Positions 33,103 through 41,223 of a DNA stretch of 41,223 nt are shown in pieces. Position 1 is the stretch's first letter. Every line of letters begins with the position of its first letter. The notes under the pieces were generated by a model, which worked only from the letters and a program-made list of their open reading frames with translations, was not told where the DNA came from and searched no databases. Position numbers and translations under genes: made by a program. This stretch comes from Octopus bimaculoides (Eukaryota). Where the stretch lies: contig NC_068984.1 of assembly GCF_001194135.2 (NCBI RefSeq), positions 20,791,712 through 20,832,934 on the forward strand, in the 5' to 3' direction.

Positions 33103-35808
33103 CCGAAGATTTCTCATTAGTTCGACAGATGCTTTTCTCTTCTTTTATCTTTAGCATTATGTTAACGTCTGCTGAACAACTGATGTCTACTGCCGTACAC
33201 GCTTACTCATCTCTTTCTCAGATCACTGTGTCTACTCTGTTAGGCTTACATTTTACAAAGATTTTGACGGTAATATTCCACCTGTATTTTTTCATATTAT
33301 GGGCGAGCATACATAACAGTACAATTTCATCACAAAGATTATGATTCTTCTTTTGAGCCAATAAATAATTCAATTCTCATCATTTGCTGACATTTTACTT
33401 GCCTCAAAGACACAATCGCTCGGCAACCATTAACTATTATGTCAAAAACACATTTTCTTATGGTGCACTGCTACGTCCTCTGCTTTCCTCAACTATCTAG
33501 TTACATACTCTCAACACTAAGACCACAAGCTTGGCTAGTAGCATTCTGTGAAAGCGTTTGGCCTCATGATTACGGCATACAGCTTATCCTTATCATCATC
33601 ACAAAGTTGTACGTTCAATTCCTTACCTGGCGTCCCGTTGTGTCATTCAGCAAGACACTTCATTCTACATTGCTCCAGTATATTCAGTTACAATAAGGGC
33701 CACCCGGAAGCTTGTGCAGCCCTCGATCAGGTACTGGATGTTCTGCTGAACCTAGGGTGGGCAGATCGAGAGGATATCTACATCTGTTCGCCGCAGCTCA
33801 GGTACCCAAAACAGTTAGCAAATGAATGGCACATGTTATCAAGCACACCCGCTCGCGAGTAACAGGTGCTTGTACTACTGTTTTTCATTTTTTAGAACCT
33901 AGCACGACACACCAACCATCCCTTTGGATTACCATTCCTATAAACAACGATCTATCAAGGTTGAAGCTGAAGATCAGCTGTGAATGCACCAGGGTTTAAA
34001 ATGACTTATCTATCAACTATGTCTTTATCCTTTCGGGGCTCCAAAGAGTGTTGAACTGGCAGTACTGAGAGAATGTCGGACCTGAGATTTTACGGCATTT
34101 GCTCCTGCTCTTTGAGTTTTGGGCTCAAATATTGCTTTGGCCTACTTGGCTGATAGATTTTTTCCGTTGTCCGGATTAACATCACCACTTTCCACTTTAT
34201 GCATGTGACCGGAAACCACGTTTGAACTTGTATTCCTACTAAAACTCCGAACACGAGCTCTACATCCCAACGACGAATGAACGACTACGGCTAAGGTATT
34301 CGCACTGTCCGACACGCTTGCTCTTTCAGAGGGGCGTTTGTAAAATTTGCAAGCTAGAATTTTGGGCCGCGGACAGTAGACAGCCTCGACTGCAGCTGAC
34401 CGTCGGATGTAGTCAGCATTCGTGGGGGATGTGGTGAACTCGTTAGTGGAAGTCGGTTCAATCCATCTCGGGTGAATTCCACTGCAAGTATATGTAGAAA
34501 GTACTATTTAGGATGTTTATAGCACACTCCACTGAGTTGCAAATACTGAAGCTAGGTCTCGTTTTGAGGAGGTCTTGCAAACGTCGTACGCAATGTCCCA
34601 TACCCACTGACTAAAAGTTGAAGAAAAAATATATTTGCTTATATCCTTGTTAATTTCTGGGTTTTATCTCAAGCAGTTGTTGACTTTGCTTTACATTCTT
34701 TCTTGGTTGATACAATAAGTATTATCAGTAATATACTACGCTGCCCTCTTTCAAAATATCTGGCCTTGCTTATATACTGGTGATACTGTCTGTTAATTAG
34801 CAATCGAAAACCTTATAACTGTATTCAAGCTTCGAAAGTGTGAAAGCAGACATATTTTCTGTCGTAACAGGGCTGACAAATGCATCTAATGTCTGCTTAA
34901 GCATCAGTAATATGCTGCAGTTGCGTCAGTCAATTATAATCTCTCCTATATTTAGTTGCTAAAAATATACACAAACTTGATTAATAAACTTCAATTAAAC
35001 AGGAAATTAATTAATCTCGTTGCTGTTGTTTATCCTCATTTTAACTGAAATTGACTAGACTTATAATCGACGGCGTTCCAACTGTGACCAGCTCATCTTC
35101 ATCTTACACATAATATATTCAGGATTACATTAAGCAATATGATTTTCTTTTCTTTGTAAGGTAGTAAATTGTGGTTTGTGATAGATTTGACTATTTATTT
35201 TTATCTTTTACTCAATTGGGAAGTTAGTATCCATGACCCTTTTCCAGGGCCTCTAAGACTTGTTGGAGGGAGAGGAGAGGTATCCTCAATCGAAGACCTG
35301 GCACAAATGTTTGCTACTCATTGGAACTTCGTTAAAGATCCCAAAAGTGCCACATGGTAGTGTTAAACTGGATGATAGATTAAGTCTACTACCCAAGTAA
35401 GCCAAAGTGGAATTTGAACTCATAATGCAAACAGTTAGAACAAATACCACAAGGTATCCATTTGGACATTCTTGCAGTTCTATCAATCCACCGCATTGGA
35501 TTGTTACATCTTTTTCATCGACCTTGAAAGAATGACTGCAAAATTGATCTTCGGTGGAGTCAAATTTAGAATGAAGTCTCTTCGTTTGCTCAAATAAAGC
35601 TAGTACTTTCATAATTTCAAATACATTTGAACATCGCAGGCCTTCCAGAGAGACAAGCTTGACAACAAGGTCCTTTATGAAGTAAATTTACCCCCTTCGT
35701 CTTCTATACACCTCTTTCGTCTCCGATAAGAAATCTATGTCAATCTGTCTAATTAAAAGGGCATCAAAACTTCATTGCAGGTGTGGCCAACACTATGCAG
35801 TTAGAGTT

Positions 35809-35812
<4 letters not shown>

Positions 35813-35901
<89 letters not shown>

Positions 35902-35935
35902 GAGAAGAAGAAGAAGAAGAAGAAGAAGAAGAAGC
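35813..35935. repeat. (AG)n-(AAG)n microsatellite
   Basis: Direct inspection. Confidence 0.95.
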
Positions 35936-38424
35936 GTATGACGAGTTATATGTACAAGCCAGTTTCAGTTTTTCTTTCTTTTAAATATAATCATTTAATT
36001 TTGAGACACTGGAGAAAAATTTTCTTCTACAATGAATAAAAGATGCAACTATTTCCCGTATAAAAGTAAAAGCTTTTTTTTTTAACAGCACAAAAATAGC
36101 CTTTATTATTGTTGCTGTTTAACTCCAGGTCAGCTCTGGTCAAGTACACATAGTTCAATGGCGTTTCAGCCATGACCATCACTTTGTATTTTCAATCTCA
36201 ACATTATCCAATGTTCTTTATTTCTATAAGCGGCATCGTATGACTTAAATGGAATTTAATTTCCAACTAGTAACATGCTCAGGTTGGTTCGAATGCCTTC
36301 ATTTTGGGATGACTAGAGATATATGAGTTACACCGATTTATACGCCTTTTTCCAAGGTATACTATGAAATATGAAGTCTGTTATAATTTCATTCATATCT
36401 ATGATGCATTATTAGAGTATTAAATCTCCCTCCGGACTTGACTGTTAGAAGACCTCTGCAGGTTTAATTTCTGAACAAAAAGAGTTGTAGCTGCATTCTC
36501 CGGTCATTTTGTTTCTAATAATTCTATAAATTGAAATAGAAATCATAATCGCTTCCTGCTTTCAAGTCATTTGCTTTGTTGGAGTGTCAGTCACTGCCAT
36601 CAGCTTAACAAGAATTTACCGCTTACGTGCTTACTAAGCGATACTCATTCGCTTTCCAATATAGCAGCCATGTTGTTTGTTCGGCGTGCAAAAATGCCTT
36701 GAGTTATTTAGTTCTGAGTTCAAGTACTTTGGCAGCCGTTTTTGCTTTTCATTCCTTTTAGTTCGATTAATCTGTTGAATATCCCTTATTCAATGTTTCT
36801 GGTCCTGTGTGAAAGCACAACTATGGGTTTCAGTTACAATATCCCTGCAGTTTCTTCTACTATGGCACCCTGGGCAATTTCTTCTATGGCTTTAGGCTGA
36901 TAAAGTTTTGTAGATGAAATTTAATACATTGTGGAAATTTGGTAAACTGTGTAAGAATATTTGGTAAATAGAAACCTGTGGGAAAGACCGTTACTGCTCT
37001 TGGATGATACACTCAATCTACCACCCATTTTCCACCATCACTACATGGTCTTTGGATGATTTTCCTAGAATTCACTCTGTTGCAAGCATTCAGGCTGTAT
37101 TTCCGGTTTCACTATATCTGTCGCCTTTCCTCCCACTAGTCTTGGCGACATTGAAAAGTGTCAAGGGCATTCTGTTCCTCTTCTGACTAAGCCATTACAA
37201 AAAAAAAAAAAAAGAAAGGAAAGAAAGAAAACGTGAAAATAGAAATCATACTTTTAAAAACATGTTGAAGTGAAACGATTTTATAAATAAGATCAAAGTC
37301 AAGTACCACCACCACTACTACTACAACTACTATTCATGAGTGTATTATGTAAGCCACACACGTTTCAATGTATCTCTGAGCAGGGTAACTGAATTTAAAC
37401 CAATTTTATTTCACCTTGTTTTATTTAATAGAGTCATTCATGTCAATTAAATAACCTAAAGAAAAGCGAAGAAAATAAAGGGTTCCATTCTAATACATTT
37501 TCTGAAGTCGTTTAGCTACACTTACAACCTGTTTATATGTTGGTCTGTCATAATTTTCAAGACAAAGCTTCAGTTATTGATAGTCGTTAAAGCCTTGCCT
37601 GGATGCATACAAACTGCCTTTGATAATCTTAACATCAATTATAAAGCATACTTTTGTTCGCGTGTATGTGTGTCCTATTTTAAAGTAGACTTAACAGACG
37701 AATGATTTGATTTATCTGTTCAACTTTTGAAATATGAGGTTCTTCACTTTATTCATTTTCAATTTCTTTTCCACGATGGTCTTCCCACCTTCTGAAGCTG
37801 TTTATGTTGAGATTCTTATAGATTTCATAACAGTAGATCGAATGATACCGTTTCATTGTGTGATATCGCGACATATTTTGATAACGCTGGGGGTTACATT
37901 TCAACCGAGTATAACAAGTAGTGACCAGTTGATGAGTGGTCTTTGATGCAGTCGCTTAACCTGAGAGAAATAGCAGCCAAATTTTCCTCAATACTTGGGT
38001 GATAGAATTAAACTGCCTACCGTTGTGCATCATCACCTGATTCTTGGATGTCTTTAGCAGAAATAACTCAGTTGAAAGTATTCAGACATCTCCTTTCTGG
38101 AGATGACCGCCACCCTCCACTCTCAGAAGCCCTTAAAAAGTTCGTAGTCACTGTCCTTCTGACTCTGACTAAGTGACAAAAACAAGGATACAAACCCTAC
38201 TGTCTTAAAAAAAGACCATTTTGAAGAATGCACTTCTACACGAGCAAAAGAAGGAATGGTCATATCTGGACGTCTTTGACCCAAAGTCTGTCTTATAAGC
38301 ACTGACTTGAAGCCAAACAACCCTCAGGAGTTACGAACCAAAAATGAGGCTTTATGCAGCCGCTTATAATAACTAAATGCTTATAATAACTAAATGCTCG
38401 CCTAATTTTATCAACTTCTTATCT

Positions 38425-38600
38425 TTCCTTTTACATGTTTCAGTCATTGACCTGCGGCCATGCTGGAAACCTCCCTGAAAGATTTAATCGAACAAATAGG
38501 CCCGAGCAATGATTTTAAAGTCTGATATTTATTCTATTTATTGTTTTTGCTGAGCTGCCGAATAACGGGGACGGAAACAAAACCATCAGCAGTTATCACG
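38425..38600 (-). mobile_element. 3' half of SINE family D
   Basis: TTTCAGTCATTGACCTGCGGCCATGCTGG...GCTGCCGAATAACGGGGACGGAAACA is the reverse complement of the family D 3' half. Confidence 0.7.
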
Positions 38601-38624
38601 CCTGCGAGGTAGACAAACACAAAG

Positions 38625-38653
38625 ACACACACGCGTGCGCACACACATACACA

Positions 38654-38684
<31 letters not shown>

Positions 38685-38692
38685 TCTTTCTT

Positions 38693-38749
<57 letters not shown>

Positions 38750-38806
38750 CTCTCTCTCTCTCTCTCTCGTACACACATGTACGTACGTACATACATACAT
38801 ACATAC
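38625..38806. repeat. Compound (CT)/(CA)/(CATA) microsatellite
   Basis: Direct inspection. Confidence 0.9.
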
Positions 38807-38926
38807 ATGGTTACTGGTGGTTGCTCCATCTTCACAGATGATTGCTGTCTTCTTGTCCTTCCACGTTGTTAGTGGCATTTCTGATTTTCCGTCAATGACC
38901 TCTGTGATATTAGTCCCGTGGCAGAC
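38807..38926 (-). CDS. Candidate internal coding exon, 120 nt, phase 0-0, product unknown
   Basis: ttcaaaccatccAG acceptor; single open frame VCHGTNITEVIDGKSEMPLTTWKDKKTAIICEDGATTSNH (other two frames stop); CAT|GTATGT donor; no recognised homology. Confidence 0.3.
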
Positions 38927-39394
38927 CTGGATGGTTTGAAGTATAGGTTACAGACGAAAGTTGTAACTTTCTGCGCACAACCAATTGGTTAGATCTGCAT
39001 GCGTCGCCACTCTTCTATCTCCATAGGACTTTCAGTAGATGAAATGACAAATTAGGTCATTATAAAGAGATATCTACGTCATTGGATTACAGTGATAAAC
39101 GTTTGTACAACACAAATACCACTCTCTGAGTCTCGGTGATTAATACCTCACGCCTGGTGGTTTTACTACGCTCCCTGACACCAACCGATGGTACTTCTGC
39201 CTCCCCGCGCTCAAAGGGATTGACATCACTTATGCTAGTTAACCCATTGGTACTGTGTAGTGCTACTACTCCGGGTCAGAGTAAACCCAGGAACAATAAT
39301 GGTTAAGAGATAGTTCAACATCCTTCAAAACCCGGAAACTGCTGAGCTAAAGCTTTACTATTGAATGCAGTTTAAAGTCAGACCCAGGACATAG

Positions 39395-39470
39395 GTACCT
39401 ACCTACCTACCTACCTACCTACCTACCTACCTACCTACCTGCCTGCCTGCCTACCTGCCTGCCTGCCTGC

Positions 39471-39562
<92 letters not shown>

Positions 39563-39572
39563 ATGTATGTAT
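39395..39572. repeat. Compound tetranucleotide array (CCTA)n-(CCTG)n-(CTAT)n-(CTGT)n-(ATGT)n
   Basis: Direct inspection. Confidence 0.95.
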
Positions 39573-39715
39573 ATCTGACGAGTTTCCATGCAGTTTCCGC
39601 CTGTCATATTCACTCTCAAAGCATTGGTCGGTCTGGGGTGTACTATTGTACAAGACATTTGCCCAAAGCGCCGTGCAGTGGAACTGAACCCGAAACCTCG
39701 TGATTAAAAAGCATT
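39570..39715 (-). mobile_element. Degraded 5' half of SINE family D
   Basis: CAGTTTCCGCCTG...AAGCATTGGTCGG...AAGACATTTGCCCAAAGCGCCGTGCAGTGGAACTGAACCC matches 27201-27357. Confidence 0.7.
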
Positions 39716-39807
39716 CTATTTTCACAGACCTAAATTGTCGAAAATGCAAGTCGAACAAGATGTGAAAGAATTAGTACAGGTAGAAAAACGAAAGTAGTTA
39801 TTACAGT

Positions 39808-39814
39808 GAGAAGC

Positions 39815-39885
<71 letters not shown>

Positions 39886-40494
39886 NNNNNNNNNNNNNNN
39901 NNNNNNNNNNNNNNNNNNNNNNNNNNNNNNNNNNNNNNNNNNNNNNNNNNNNNNNNNNNNNNNNNNNNNNNNNNNNNNNNNNNNNNNNNNNNNNNNNNNN
40001 NNNNNNNNNNNNNNNNNNNNNNNNNNNNNNNNNNNNNNNNNNNNNNNNNNNNNNNNNNNNNNNNNNNNNNNNNNNNNNNNNNNNNNNNNNNNNNNNNNNN
40101 NNNNNNNNNNNNNNNNNNNNNNNNNNNNNNNNNNNNNNNNNNNNNNNNNNNNNNNNNNNNNNNNNNNNNNNNNNNNNNNNNNNNNNNNNNNNNNNNNNNN
40201 NNNNNNNNNNNNNNNNNNNNNNNNNNNNNNNNNNNNNNNNNNNNNNNNNNNNNNNNNNNNNNNNNNNNNNNNNNNNNNNNNNNNNNNNNNNNNNNNNNNN
40301 NNNNNNNNNNNNNNNNNNNNNNNNNNNNNNNNNNNNNNNNNNNNNNNNNNNNNNNNNNNNNNNNNNNNNNNNNNNNNNNNNNNNNNNNNNNNNNNNNNNN
40401 NNNNNNNNNNNNNNNNNNNNNNNNNNNNNNNNNNNNNNNNNNNNNNNNNNNNNNNNNNNNNNNNNNNNNNNNNNNNNNNNNNNNNNAGAGAAAG

Positions 40495-40560
<66 letters not shown>
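39808..40560. repeat. (AG)n and (TA)n arrays flanking gap 39886-40486
   Basis: Direct inspection. Confidence 0.9.
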
Positions 40561-40561
<1 letters not shown>

Positions 40562-40919
40562 CCCCGCCTAAATCAGTTTAGCTTAGACAGGAAGTAATTA
40601 TGGAAAAATTAAAATATTCAAACTATTCAACGAAGAAAATAAACAGAAAGAAAAGAGCATTTAAAAGGAAATGTGTCAAAATGCTCTGTTTATATGTGTA
40701 TGTATCTATATGTGTATATATTTATATGTGTATATAACTATGTGATATATGTAATTTGAGCCGAATTTCGGCAGAAATAACATTTACTACTATTTCCTTC
40801 GGATTAAAATTCTATTGAATTTACGATATTAATTAAGAATTTGAATTTCGTAAGAATAAAGAATAGGAATATTACAATTAAGATTTTGTGTAATTTAAAA
40901 CAGGTCCTTCAAAAGCAGA

Positions 40920-40990
40920 TGTATGTATGTATGTATGTATGTATGTATGTATGTATGTATGTATGTATGTATGTATGTATGTATATATAC
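40920..40990. repeat. (TATG)n microsatellite
   Basis: Direct inspection. Confidence 0.95.
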
Positions 40991-40991
40991 A

Positions 40992-41020
40992 CTAGCAGAG
41001 ACACCCGGCGTTGCTCGGGA
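40992..41020 (-). mobile_element. Helitron 3' terminus
   Basis: Minus strand GC-rich hairpin CCCGAGCAACGCCGGG (41004-41019), 8 nt spacer, then CTAG followed by T. Confidence 0.65.
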
Positions 41021-41223
41021 ATGAAATTGTTGCTTATATACTTGAAGAAAAAAAGGCAAAATATGCTGTATAGAAATTTGAGGACATTCTGTAGATGGAC
41101 TCTCAGATGAATGATGGCTGGGCGCCTCTCATGAATGGGGAAAATTGAAGATGTGCCAAAAAGCCTCATTGGTACTCGGAAACTTTTACGAAAATTAAAA
41201 TGGGGATTAAATGAAAGAAATGA

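Noticed and set aside
33548-33862. 104-aa plus-strand ORF
   Set aside because: Its first part overlaps a degraded SINE-like segment (GTTCAATTCC...CAAGACACTTCATT); the remainder has no recognisable domain.
34250-34620. GC-richer unique stretch
   Set aside because: The frames I examined on both strands are interrupted by stops, with no recognisable motif, terminal repeat or stable structure.

Overview
AT-rich animal DNA packed with microsatellites, with 12 N gaps (~5.2 kb), most beside microsatellites. The SINE and microsatellite repertoire points to an octopus/coleoid genome (inference). No intact protein-coding gene, RNA gene or CRISPR array is supported, and nearly all supplied ORFs are microsatellite or N-gap artefacts. 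The window holds transposons from many groups: a decayed FLYWCH-MULE (Phantom-like) with both TIRs and a TSD, a Merlin-like TIR element, a hAT MITE, a mariner fragment, R4/Dong and RTE LINE fragments, a Helitron 3' end and several tRNA-derived SINE families. The most interesting signal is two dispersed repeat families, two copies each, carrying type-I hammerhead-ribozyme-like cores (candidate Penelope-like/retrozyme RNAs). One shows a compensatory stem-I change. The other has an exact CUGAUGA/GAAA core with a 64-68 nt structured insert in place of stem II.
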